The translations under genes were made by a program, and so were the position numbers. Below, one piece after another: positions 34,514-47,295 of a stretch of 64,000 nt of DNA. The first letter of the stretch is position 1; each line of letters opens with the position of its first letter. The DNA comes from Macrostomum lignano (lineage: Eukaryota): contig NIVC01002817.1 of assembly GCA_002269645.1 (NCBI GenBank), positions 62,001-126,000 on the forward strand. The letters are read 5' to 3'. Below the pieces are notes generated by a model, which was not told where the DNA came from, did not search any database, and saw nothing but the letters and a program-made list of their open reading frames with translations.

Positions 34514-35490
34514 CTGAGTCTACCTCTGAGTCTACCTCTGTGTCTCCTGTGTCTACCCCTGTGTCTACCCCAGTGTCTACCCCAGTGTCTACCCCAGTGT
34601 CTACCCCTGTGTCTACCCCAGTGTCTACCCCTGTGTCTACCCCTGTGTCTACCCCAGTGTCTACCCCAGTGTCTACCTCTGTGTCTACCTCTGTGTCTCC
34701 TGTGTCTACCCAGTGTCTACCTCTGTGTCTCCTGTGTCTACCCAGTGTCTACCTCTGTGTCTCCTGTGTCTACCTCTGTGTCTACCTCTGTGTCTCCTGT
34801 GTCTACCTCTGTGTCTCCTGTGTCTACCTCTGTCTCCTGTGTCTACCTCTGTCTCCTGTGTCTACCTCTGTGTCTCCTGTGTCTACCTCTGTGTCTCCTG
34901 TGTCTACCTCTGTGTCTACCTCTGTGTCTACCTCTGTGTCTACCTCTGTGTCTCCTGTGTCTACCTCTGTGTCTACCTCTGTGTCTCCTGTGTCTACCTC
35001 TGTGTCTCCTGTGTCTACCTCTGTCTCCTGTGTCTACCTCTGTCTCCTGTGTCTACCTCTGTGTCTCCTGTGTCTACCTCTGTGTCTCCTGTGTCTACCC
35101 AGTGTCTACCTCTGTGTCTCCTGTGTCTACCTCTGTGTCTACCTCTGTGTCTCCTGTGTCTACCTCTGTGTCTCCTGTGTCTACCTCTGTGTCTCCTGTG
35201 TCTACCTCTGTGTCTCCTGTGTCTACCTCTGTGTCTCCTGTGTCTACCTCTGAGTCTACCTCTGTGTCTCCTATGTCTACTTCTGAGTCTACCTCTGTGT
35301 CTACCTCTGTGTCAACTTCTGGGTCTACCTCTGTCTTACTCTGTGTCTACCTGTGTATCTATCTCTGTGTCCACCTGTGTATCTACCTCTGTGTCCACCT
35401 GTGTATCTACCTCTGTGTCTACCTGTGTATCTACCTCTGTGTCCACCTGTGTATCTACCTCTGTGTCTACCTGTGTATCTACCTCTGTTT
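34514..35490. repeat. 12-bp minisatellite family
   Basis: TGTGTCTACCTC and TGTGTCTCC units. Confidence 0.94.
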
Positions 35491-36019
35491 CTACTTCGGT
35501 ATTTACATCTACAATTTACCAATATCTACCTATGCATCTACCTTTATGCCTACACATTTATCTACACGTGTCTACCATTTTATCTACTTTTGTATTCTTA
35601 TCTAATTAATTCTGTATCTACCTCGAACTTTCTAATTTTCTGTCATCCAATTTTACGTCCGAACTTTCGACATCTCAGCTGTCAATTGACTAACCTTTCA
35701 GTTGAGATTCTCTGTGCCAAGCTGCAGCAGCTGGTGCTCTCTCTTAAGGTTTCAGGTGGCGGCTGGCCTTCAAACGAAACCTTTCAATAAAATCCCGGCC
35801 GAGTTTGGCGTCGGATTTCGGCCCATTAGCGAGTTCAGAAACCCCTCTGGCATGGCTTTTGTTTGTTAATGCTGGCTGCTGAGTAGCAGCTCATGCTCTG
35901 ATTGTCAGCACTCGCTATGGGGTTGCGTACTGAATAGCTGAACTCACTTCTTCAGTAGGTTGGAGACCTGTGGCCTCTATGACCCTATGACTAAGCCGAT
36001 TATTTAACCAAAATTACTA

Positions 36020-36900
36020 TATGACTATGATGACCCTATGAACAAGATGATCATGACCAGCATGACCATATAAACAAACGACTGTATGACCAAAATGACC
36101 ATATGACCAAAATGACTGAATGACCAAAATGACCATATGACCAAAATGACCATATGACCAAAATGACCATTTGACCAAAATGACCATATGACCAAAATGA
36201 CCATATGACCAAAATGACCATATGACCAAAATGACCATATGACCAAAATGACTGAATGACCAAAATGACCATATGACCAAAATGACCATATGACCAAAAT
36301 GACCATATGACCAAAATGACCATATGACCAAAATGACCATATGACCAAAATGACCATATGACCAAAATGACCATATGACCAAAATGACCATATGACCAAA
36401 ATGACCATATGACCAAAATGACTGAATGACCAAAATGACCATATGACCAAAATGACCATTTGACCAAAATGACCATTTGACCAAAATGACCATTTGACCA
36501 AAATGACCATTTGACCAAAATGACCATTTGACCAAAATGACCATTTGACCAAAATGACTGAATGACCAAAATGACCATATGACCAAAATGACCATATGAC
36601 CAAAATGACTGAATGACCATATGACCAAAATGACTGAATGACCATATGACCAAAATGACTGAATGACCATATGACCAAAATGACTGAATGACCATATGAC
36701 CAAAATGACTGAATGACCAAAATGACTGAATGACCAAAATGACCATATGACCAAAATGACCATATGACCAAAATGACCATATGACCAAAATGACTGAATG
36801 ACCATATGACCAAAATGACCATATGACCAAAATGACTGAATGACCATATGACCAAAATGACCATATTACCAAAATGACCATATGACCAAAATGACTATAT
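36020..36900. repeat. 17-bp minisatellite (TGACCA-based)
   Basis: Unit ATGACCAAAATGACCAT. Confidence 0.96.
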
Positions 36901-37307
36901 GAGCATGTGACCACAGCATGACCCATCAACAAAGTGACCCCTATCAGTGAACTGACTCCCTAGCGCCTGTCACAATGTCAATCGTTAATCCTTACAGAAA
37001 TTTTCTCCATTCGAAATGAAACCCCCGGCCTCCCATTCGAGGATTCGATCAGGTTTAAGCTCTGAGTCCTGAGCTCAATGCATGCTGCAGCACCGAACCC
37101 CCCGTTTACAAATCGAATATCAACATGGGAATTGAAAGCCTCAGATGAGGATTTCAACTCGCAGGCATTGGCGAAAACTGTTAACCCGAATATCCGATGC
37201 AAGCAAACGTTGCTTTGGAAACTTTCGAGTCTTTACTCAACCCAGTGATTACGCAATCATATTTCTGCTGGCTGCTTCCCCGGCTACCGGTGCGAGAAAA
37301 TGCAGAA

Positions 37308-37393
37308 TATGACCAAAATGACTGAATGACCATTTGACCAAAATAACTGAATGACCAAAATGACCATATTACCAAAATGACCAAATGACCAAA
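37308..37393. repeat. Short second tract of the 17-bp TGACCA minisatellite
   Basis: ATGACCAAAATGACTGAATGACCATTTGACCAAAAT..., same unit as 36020-36900. Confidence 0.88.
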
Positions 37394-37699
37394 ATATCGC
37401 CCAGCGGGGAAATCCTTGCCCGTCCACTTCCCACTCGAATCACCGGTGTTTGAGGCGAGCTGGAGTGGAGGCTGAAAGTCTGGGATCGAAATCCCCCCTA
37501 CTGTCCTGTGGGACTCGTGACTGACTCTGTGAGTCTGACTGCAGCCGCGTCCCAGATCTGCTGTGCCCCACCTGACATCAGCGGCGGCTCCCTGAGATTC
37601 GCTGGAAACTGCCTGCTCAGGCCGCGTCTGATGCGAAAGGAGACTGGATGAATGATCTGCTGGCAATCACTCTGTAGCTCTCCCCCACTCACCTCTCTG

Positions 37700-38320
37700 C
37701 CATCTCTCCGCCTCTACACTCCCCCTCTTCTCTCCCCCTCCCCCTCTCCTTCTTCCCCTCCCTCTCTTCTCTCCTCCCCCCTCCTTCTCTTCCTCCTTCT
37801 CTTCCTCCTCCTTCTCTTCCTCCTCCTTCTCTTCCTCCTCCTTCTCTTCCTCCTCCTTCTCTTCCTCCTCCTTCTCTTCCTCCTTCTCTTCCTCCTCCTT
37901 CTCTTCCTCCTCCTTCTCTTCCTCCTCCTTCTCTTCCTCCTCCTTCTCTTCCTCCTCCTTCTCTTCCTCCTCCTTCTCTTCCTCCTCCTTCTCTTCCTCC
38001 TCCTTCTCTTCCTCCTTCTCTTCCTCCTTCTCTTCCTCCTCCTTCTCTTCCTCCTCCTTCTCTTCCTCCTTCTCTTCCTCCTCCTTCTCTTCCTCCTCCT
38101 TCTCTTCCTCCTCCTTCTCTTCCTCCTCCTTCTCTTCCTCCTCCTTCTCTTCCTCCTCCTTCTCTTCCTCCTTCTCTTCCTCCTCCTTCTCTTTCTCCTT
38201 CTTCTCTTCCTCCTTCTTCTCTTCCCCCTCCTTCTGTTCATCCTCCTTCTCTTCCTCCTCCTTCTCTTTCTCCTTCTCCTCTTCCTCCTTCTCTTCCTCC
38301 TTCTTTCTCCTTTCTTTCTT
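37700..38320. repeat. 15-bp pyrimidine repeat
   Basis: Unit TTCTCTTCCTCCTCC. Confidence 0.96.
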
Positions 38321-38749
38321 AAATTCTAATAAATTATTTTGCACCTGAACTTTTATCAACATGTCACAAGCCAAATCTGATATTATTGCTGCCAAACTGC
38401 CTGACTATTTTTCAGTCTATTTTAACAAAAAACACACCGATTGATAAGTGTCCGATCTCAAGTTGACAGAGGCGGCACAATGGCAGCTCAAATGACAGAA
38501 CGCGTCAGACTAAACTGCCAGACACAGTTAGCGGTTTGAATGCTCAAGTTGAGCATACCTACTCATTAAAGTCGGCAGTTTAAAGCCCAAAAGGCGGCGG
38601 TTCTCACCGTTTTTTCTCGGTCCTGACAAGGGCCACCTTGGCTATTCAAGACGAATTTTAATGCAGTTTTTTGTTTTTTTGCTGTTTAATGCTGCGAAGT
38701 TGAGCTTGCGCTAGATACCAGATGAGATGCAGTGCCCTGGGCATGGTGA

Positions 38750-39078
38750 GGATAGGTGAGAAGAAAGGTATAAAGGAAGAGGTAGATAAGAAGAAGTAGA
38801 TAGGAGATGTAGAATAGGAAGGTAGATACGTAGAGAAGAAGAGAAGACGATAGGGATATGTTCATAGTGAGAGGTAGATAATGAGAGGTAGATAATGAAA
38901 TTTTGGATAGGGAGAGGTCAATAATCAAAGGTATATAGTGAGAAGTAGATATGGAGAGGTAGATAGGGAGAGGTAGCTAATGGGAGGTAGCTAATGAGAG
39001 GTAGCTAATGAGAGGTAGCTAATGAGAGGTAGATATGGAGAGGTAGATATGGAGAGGTAGATACGGAGAGGTAGATAG
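38750..39078. repeat. Degenerate GAGAGGTAG(A/C)TA repeat
   Basis: About 13-bp purine-rich units. Confidence 0.85.
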
Positions 39079-42000
39079 GTCAAGGCATTTGTACCTAATC
39101 GGATCCAGCTCAGAACCGAGCATCTGTCATCTAAAAGCGCCATTATAAACTGGTTACTCAGCACCTAATTAATGCCTGCCTGCTGCTATTTGAAAGGCCA
39201 GCCCAGCCCAACTGGAGTACAACGAGTTTGCGCCAAACAAACTCAAGAAATCGCCACTTCTGAAACAAAAAAGCACTGTGAGTCACTGCTATGCCCCGCG
39301 AATTACAGATGTGGCCGGGGGTTTATTGAGCTCAAACTCTGAGTGGCCCGGCCAGTCCTGCAGCTACGCCCCCTTCCTCACCCTCTCATTGGTCCGCGAG
39401 CGGTCAGCGGCCTTTCAAGTTGACTCTCGTGTGCTTATTACTGCAGTCTGGGGCTGCTCGAGGTCGCCAGGTCGCCAACCCCCTGCCTACTGTCGAGTTA
39501 TTCGGTGACCTCCGCTACAGCTGACAAGGGACTCTGACTGTACATTAAGTGCCGACAGCCGCTCAGCAACATCTGCTGTCTTTCTTCTGTAGCGGATGCT
39601 GCTCTGCTAAAAGCAGCAGACGTGTGCAAGCTGCAAGGTGAGACTGCGATTTCTACTGTTGCGGGGTTTCACACAATGGGTCTTCGGGTTACTGGAGACT
39701 CCGCCTTGAGGCTGCTTCAGAGTTTGTTGCTATGCAAGAGGCTGCAGCGTGTGGGGGTCTTCTTTTAGCTTCGGATAAAAGCAGCTCGCGAGCTTGAAAG
39801 CCTCTCCTGCTTTTTCTGCTTTTGCAACAATAGGCCCAGCATTTCCTCAACAGTTGTCCTCAAAACGCATTCGCAGTTGTCTTCGCCTGGCAAGCGAAAA
39901 AAAATAGTCGGTTGAGTCGCAGCTGAGTAAGGGCTCGGGGGAGGGTGACGCCTCGCGCTGACTTCTCATGCGAGAACTCCAGCATCCTGCAGCAGCCAGG
40001 CTGGACCCTGAACAATGGGGGGGGGCTGAGGAACTGGGTTGAAATGTTCTAAGAAATCCACTTTTCAGCCAGCTTAGGTGAGCTCAGAGGCTTAAAACGT
40101 TGGTGGCCCATCTCACTCTCTGTCTCCCCTGTCAGCCTCTCTCTCTCTCTCTCTCTCTCTCACTTGATCAGGCGAGGTGCTTTCAAGCATGACCACCCAG
40201 GGGCGGACCTGTGGGCTCCCAACAGCCATTCACTGCGGAAGAAATTTCAGCAGCTTTACAGCAAAGAAGATTGTGTGACAGCAGGTTGCCTTTCAATTTT
40301 TGAAAGTGCACCAGCACCTGAAGGCTCTCGATAGGAAATAATAGGAAGGATGGGGGCTGCTGCTGTGACGGAGTGGTTGCTCAGCGGGCTACGTCGACAA
40401 ATCGAGAGACTGACGGAGCCGGAGGAGGAAGAACTTCTTCAGTTTGTCTACCTCGGCTCCCAGCCAGGTTCAACGTCCACGAGGATCTGTGGAGGCAGTT
40501 CTGCAGTAGTCCGAGGCCCTTACCGCCCTGCGGTCTGGAGGTCCGGTGCACTACTGCAAATTTCATGCAGCCAGTCTGACAATCGATAACCCTGGTTTGA
40601 CTTTCTTAGCCTGTGAGCCGCCTGCTGACTTTCTGCTGCTCTGCCGCTGCTTCTCCCCCGGACAAGCGGCAGACGCTCCGCCCACCGAAGTCCCCGCGCG
40701 CGCGGTGCAGTGCGCTGTCAGCTGTTGCCAAAACACTAAAAGAAAACTGTTGCTTCTAGGAGCAGAAGAGAGACGGGGGGGCAGATTAGTGTCATACTTT
40801 ATAAAACTTTTCTTTGCTACTTCTTAATCTAGTCTCCTTAGTCCGTGCACCAGTTCAAGGGAAGACAGGAGCCAACAGGAACTTCTTCGGGTGCATTAAA
40901 CACCCCCCCCGCCAAGGATGCCCTCCGTGTCAAGTTGGCATTTTTGGTCCAGCAATCTGACGCAATCAATCATGTCAGTCCATTGTCGCTGCTTGGCCGG
41001 GTTTCCCTGACGTGGCGTGGCGTACGCGAGTTGGCAGTCGGTGGGGTCACGGGGGGGGAGGTTCAACCCTCCATCCTTCCCTGTCTGTGCATCGTGGAGA
41101 ATCGGTAGAGCAGGACTTGACATGTTGAGGCCAGACAGCTACAATCCCGCACTGCATTTGCTTTCTAAAAGGGCTTGGCGGCGGTGCTCACGCTGTGTTT
41201 TACCTTGGCCTGAAAGGAATCTGTCTGAGCCTACCCCTCCCTCCTCAGCCCCAGTTCGACCTTCCAGGAAGGGAGGTCGCGTCCTGGGCGAGGCTGCTTG
41301 TCAGGGGAACAAAAAGGTTGCCAGCTACCAAAATAATGCGGACTGGGCCCAGATAAGAGACCAGAAAGAGGGGGTGGCCCGGCTGCTGCTGCCGCGGAGG
41401 GGAAGGCAGGGGAGAGTAGGTGTTACGTAAGAGCCCAAGGGCAATGGCGGGTGTGTATTGGCAGAGCGCAGTTGTTCTGGATACAGACCGGAGCCCAGAG
41501 GGTCGGGTCGTTTCTGTCAGCTGCTCCCGCTCTCTCCCCCCTTATTGCTTGTGCTGCAAATTTTTCTCTCATTGGGGAGGACAATTGCAAATCGGATTCT
41601 TGTCTGTCTTGCGAAATCCCAGAGGGGCCGGCAGTCCCCCCGAGGTGGTGCCGATTGCGCAACGCAGCTCCGTGCTCGGGGGTACGCGTAATTCCCGCCC
41701 TGGTCAATCGGTCCGGTCCGTCCTGCGTTGTTTTTAGCGCAAAAGAAAAACAATTTGTGCCGAGAGTTTTTGACAGCTAGAAATTTTTGGCAGACTTCAC
41801 TTTCTTTTTCACTTTTTTTCGCAACTCTCAGCACACTTCAGTTGCGGCTGTCGGAAATCTTAGCCGAGCTTTATTCAACTCTTAGAGGTCTTCTCGATCC
41901 CGATTTTCTGGCAACAAAGTTTTAATGAAAAAGACGGAAAAATAAAAATATTAACAAAGAAATGAAATGCTGTGAGAGCCTTCAGGTTTGGACCAACTTG

Positions 42001-42439
42001 TGTCGAGTGGTTGCGCAATCAAGGCGCTGCCGCACCAACCTGCGCTCCAACGCCTTCGCGGTTGAGAAAGTGGAGAAAGGAGTTGCTCAGAAGAGTGAAA
42101 CAAGAAACTTACTATTGTTTGAGCTCTGTCTGCCGAGAGCGGCAAGTTAAATCGGGCAGCTCTTCAAGGTTAATTAAATGAAAGCAGCGGCACTGAGAGT
42201 ACCGACTTCACATTGAGCAAACTTATGGGTCAATCAGTGCATTCCAGACATTTCAGGAAATAAAAAATTTTCTAATCTAGACTTTCTAATCGTCAGGCAT
42301 TTACACTGGGGTTGGTCCTCGTGGGTTGTAAATTGCACGACAAACCACCGGCTGAAATGAAAGTAGCCATTCGATAGCTAGGAATCGAACCCAGGGGTCG
42401 TGGAAACTTCGAGTCCTGCAAAACGAATCCCCAGTGCCC

Positions 42440-43216
42440 CCGACATGTATCAAACTAGCATTGTTAATCCCAAGCCCACCCGATATGTATCGAAATTAAC
42501 TTTGTTAATCCCCAGCCCACCCGAAATGTATCGAAAATAACATTGTTAATCCCTAGCCCACCCGACATGTATCGAAACTAACATTGTTAATCTCTAGCCC
42601 ACCCGACATGTATCGAAACTAACATTGCTAATCCCTAGCCCACCCGAAATGTATCGAAACTAACATTGCTAATCCCTAGCCCACCCGACATGTATCGAAA
42701 CTAACATTGCTAATCCCTAGCCCACCCGAAATGTATCGAAACTAACATTGCTAATCCCTAGCCCACCCGAAATGTATCGAAACTAACATTGCTAATCCCT
42801 AGCCCACCCGAAATGTATCGAAACTAACATTGTTAATCGCCAGCCCACCCGATATGTATCGAAACTAACATTGTTAATCCCCACCCCACCCGACATGTAT
42901 CGAAACTAACATTGTTAATCCCTAGCCCACCCGACATGTATCGAAACTAACATTGTTAATCGCCAGCCCACCCGACATGTATCGAAACTAACATTGTTAA
43001 TCCCCACCCCACCCGACATGTATCGAAACTAACATTGTTAATCGCCAGCCCACCCGATATGTATCGAAACTAACATTGTTAATCGCAAGCCCACCCGACA
43101 TGTATCGAAACTAACATTGTTAATCCCCAGCCCACCCGACATGTATCGAAACTAACATTGTTAATCCCCAGCCCACCCGATATGTATCGAAACTAACATT
43201 GTTAATCGCCAGCCCA
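42440..43216. repeat. 41-bp minisatellite
   Basis: Unit TGTATCGAAACTAACATTGTTAATCCCCAGCCCACCCGACA. Confidence 0.96.
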
Positions 43217-43757
43217 TGCGGGTTACGCAATACAGGAGGAAAAACTCTCGACTGGAGAAAAAACGGATGAAGATTGAAAGAAAGCGAGAGGGAAAAATCA
43301 AAGCGATTGCGGCCGGGCCTGGGGATAAAAATGCTTAGGGAATTATGGCCGGCACGGATCCGCCTCCGCCCCCAGCCGTCTCCTCAGTCTCCGTGTCCGC
43401 GCGATCAATAAATAATCAGATTACATCATCACTGCCGCCCTTGTGGGGGAAAATCGGTAAGGAGGGCCGGCCGCGACTGACTGGCGCAGGGAAAGTGGAG
43501 GAGCAACGCCTCATGGCGGGCCCTTTTGAATTGGGGATTTCCTCAGCTTTTATCTTCCCCTCTCTTGCCTGCCGCCGAATTAGCGCTGCGGGGTTGGAGG
43601 CTCTGAGCCTGGTCACGGATGCTCAGCTTTTTATCTGCTCATCGGACGCAGCCGCGGGGTCATTACCGACTTTACCTGCCTGCTGTGGCTTGCTGGTAGC
43701 GGACTGCCGGGGTCTCTCACATCCCTGTTGGCTCTTGAATTTTAATTGATCTTCTTT

Positions 43758-44725
43758 TCTGTCTGATTCCCCTTCCCCCAGTCTAATTCCTCTTCCCCCT
43801 GTCTGATTCCCCTTCCCCCAGTCTAATTCCCCTTCCCCCTGTCTGATTCCCCTTCCCCAGTCTAATTCCCCTTCCCCTGTCTGATTCCCCTTCCCCCAGT
43901 CTAATTCCCCTTCCCCCTGTCTGATTCTCCTTCCCCCAGTCTAATTTCCCTTCCCCCTGTCTGATTCCCTTCCCCCAGTCTAATTCCTCTTCCCCCTGTC
44001 TGATTCCCCTTCCCCCAGTCTAATTCCCCTTCCCCCTGTCTGATTCCCCTTCCCCCAGTCTAATTCCCCTTCCCCCTGTCTGATTCCCCTTCCCCCAGTC
44101 TAATTCCCCTTCCCCCTGTCTGATTCCCTTCCCCCAGTCTAATTCCCCTTCCCCTGTCTGATTCCCCTTCCCCCAGTCTAATTCCCCTTCCCCCTGTCTG
44201 ATTCCCCTTCCCCCAGTCTTATTCCCCTTCCCCCTGTCTGATTCCCCTTCACCCAGTCTAATTCCCCTTCCCCCTGTCTGATTCCCCTTCACCCAGTCTA
44301 ATTCCCCTTCCCCCTGTCTGATTCCCCCTTCCCTCTGTCTGATTCCCCCTCCACTCTGTCTGATTCCCCGTTCCCCTCTGTCTGATTCCCCTTCCCAATG
44401 TCTGATTCCCCTTCCCCTCTGTCTGATTCCCCCTTTTTCTCTCTGTCTGATTCCCCCTTTTTCTCTCTGTCTGATTCCCCCTTTTTCTCTCTGTCTGATT
44501 CCCCCTTTTTCTCTCTGTCTGATTCCCCCTTTTTCTCTCTGTCTGATTCCCCCTTTTTCTCTCTGTCTGATTCCCCCTTTTTCTCTCTGTCTGATTCCCC
44601 CTTTTTCTCTCTGTCTGATTCCCCTTCCATTCTGTCTGATTCCCCTTCCCAATGTCTGATTCCCCTTCCCCTCTGTCTGATTCCCCTTCCCCTCTGTCTG
44701 ATTCCCCTTCCATTCTGTCTGATAC
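43758..44725. repeat. Compound minisatellite (about 40-bp dimer and 24-bp units)
   Basis: CTGTCTGATTCCCCTTCCCCCAGTCTAATTCCCCTTCCCC, then CTGTCTGATTCCCCCTTTTTCTCT. Confidence 0.95.
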
Positions 44726-45139
44726 CTCACACTGTCTGATGGTGCTATTTTTTACCAGTTTACAGACAGAATTCTGGAAGCACTTTCACAGCAGAGCCCC
44801 GCGAGTCTCAGCCACTGCTTACTGGAAGGGAGTTTAGCCGGCAGATCTCTGTACAGAATGGCTGCAACTCTTTTAAATTCATTGGAGCGGAAAAGCGGAG
44901 TTCAGTGCGTCTCGAAAAAATGTCGTCTTTCATTTTTTTCTGCTCGAAGAATCGAGCCGGCAGGTCCTGCAGGTGCTGCAGTTTCAGCTGAAAGTTTCTT
45001 GCGGCGGCTGCGCTGCTTCCGGTGGCCCCCCCCCGTATGGACTTGAAAATTCGAGCTGAACTCGGTTGCTACCCGACCGTGCGAGTTGGCCTGGTTCCGG
45101 GCTGTCTCCGCGTCCTGATTCTTCAGTCTGTGCTCCCCG

Positions 45140-47295
45140 CTCCTCTCTGCTCATCTCCTGCCTCTCCCTCTAACCCTGCCTCTTCCTCTCTACCATCTCC
45201 TCTCCTCTCTCCTCTCTCCTCTCTCCCCTCTCCTCTCTCCTCTCTCCTCTCTCCTCTCTCCTATCTCCTCCCTCCTCTCTCCCCTCTCCTCTCTCCCCTC
45301 TCCTCTCTCCCCTCTCCTCTCTCCCCTCTCCTCTCTCCCCTCTCCTCTCTTCTCTCTCCTCTCTCCTCTCTTCTCTCTTCTCTCTCCTCTCTCCTCTCTC
45401 CTCTCTTCTCTCTCCTCTCTCCTCTCTTCTCTCTCCTCTCTCCTCTCTCCTCTCTCCCTCTCCTCTCTCCTCTCTCCTCTCTTCTCTCCTCTCTCTCTCT
45501 TCTCTCTCCCCTCTCCTCTCTCCCCTCTCCTCTCTCCCCTCTCCTCTCTCCCCTCTCCTCTCTCCTCTCTCCTCTCTTCTCTCTCCTCTCTCCTCTCTTC
45601 TCTCTTCTCTCTCCTCTCTTCTCTCTCCTCTCTTCTCTCTCCTCTCTCCTCTCTTCTCTCTCCCCTCTCCTCTCTCCCCTCTCCTCTCTCCCCTCTCCTC
45701 TCTCCCCTCTCCTCTCTCCCCTCTCCTCTCTCTTCTCTCCTCTCTCCTCTCTCCTCTCTCCTCTGTCCTCTCTCCTCTCTCCTCTTCTCTCTCCTCTGTC
45801 CTCTCTTCCATCTCCTCTCTTCTCCCTCCCCTCTCCTCTCTTCTCTCTCCTCTCTCCTCTCTTTTCTCTCCCCTCTCCTCTCTCCCCTCTCCTCTCTCCC
45901 CTCCCTCTCTCCCCTCTCCTCTCTCCTCTCTTCTCTCTCCCTCTCCTCTCTCCCTCTCCTCTCTCCCCTCTCCTCTCTCCCCTCTCCTCTCTCCCCTCCC
46001 CTCTCTCCCCTCTCCTCTCTCCCCTCTCCTCTCTCCCCTCTCCTCTCTTCTCTCTCCTCTCTTCTCTCTCCTCTCTCCTCTCTCCTCTCTCCCTCTCCTC
46101 TCTCCCCTCCTCTCTCCCCTCTCCTCTCTCCCCTCTCCTCTCTCCTCTCTTCTCTCTCCCCTCTCCTCTCTTCTCTCTTCTCTCTCCTCTCTCCTCTCTC
46201 CCCTCTCCTCTCTCCCCTCTCCTCTCTCCCCTCTCCTCTCTCCCCCCCTCTCTCCCCTCTCCTCTCTCCCTCTCCTCTCTCCCTCTCCTCTCTTCTCTCT
46301 CCTCTCTTCTCTCTCCTCTCTCCTCTCTCCTCTCTCCCCTCTCCTCTCTCCCCTCTCCTCTCTCCCCTCTCCTCTCTCCCCTCTCCTCTCTCCTCTCTTC
46401 TCTCTCCCCTCTCTCTCTCTTCTCTCTCTCTCTCTCTCTCTCTCCCCTCTCCTCTCTCCCCTCTCCTCTCTCCCCTCTCCTCTCTCCCCTCTCCTCTCTC
46501 CCCTCTCCTCTCTTCCATCTCCTCTCTTCTCCCTCCTCTCTCCTCTTCTCTCTCCTCTGTCCTCTCTTCTCTCTCCTCTCTCCTCTCTCCTCTCTCCTCT
46601 CACCCCTCTCCTCTCTTCCATCTCCTCTCTTCTCCCTCCTCTCTCCTCTTCTCTCTCCTCTGTCCTCTCTTCTCTCTCCTCTCTCCTCTCTCCTCTCACC
46701 CCTCTCCTCTCACCCCTCTCCTCTCTCCCCTCTCCTCTCTCCCCTCTCCTCTCTCCCCTCTCCTCTCTCCCCTCTCCTCTATCCCCTCTCCTCTCTTCCA
46801 TCTCCTCTCTTCTCCCTCCTCTCTCCTCTTCTCTCTCCTCTGTCCTCTCTTCTCTCTCCCCTCTCCTCTCTCCCCTCTCCTCTCTCCCCTCTCCTCTCTT
46901 CTCTCTCTCCCCTCTCCTCTCTCCCCTCTCCTCTCTCCCCTCTCCTCTCTCCCTCTCCTCTCTTCTCTCTCCTCTCTCCTCTCTCCTCTCTCCTCTCTCT
47001 CTCCCCTCTCCTCTCTCCCCTCTCCTCTCTCCCTCTCCTCTCTCCCCTCTCCTCTCTCCCCTCTCCTCTCTCCATCTCCTCTCTTCTCCCTCCTCTCTCC
47101 TCTTCTCTCTCCTCTGTCCTCTCTTCTCTCTCCTCTCTCCTCTCTCCTCTCTCCTCTCACCCCTCTCCTCTCTTCCATCTCCTCTCTTCTCCCTCCTCTC
47201 TCCTCTTCTCTCTCCTCTGTCCTCTCTTCTCTCTCCTCTCTCCTCTCTCCTCTCACCCCTCTCCTCTCACCCCTCTCCCCTCTTCTCTCTCCTCT
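45140..47295. repeat. 2.15-kb near-pure pyrimidine tract
   Basis: CTCTCCT/CTCTCCC-type heptamers with very few purines on the + strand. Confidence 0.97.

Noticed and set aside
42375-42400. tRNA gene or SINE (minus strand GGGTTCGATTCC, B-box-like)
   Set aside because: No A box at suitable distance and no cloverleaf stems could be built; an isolated motif is expected by chance.
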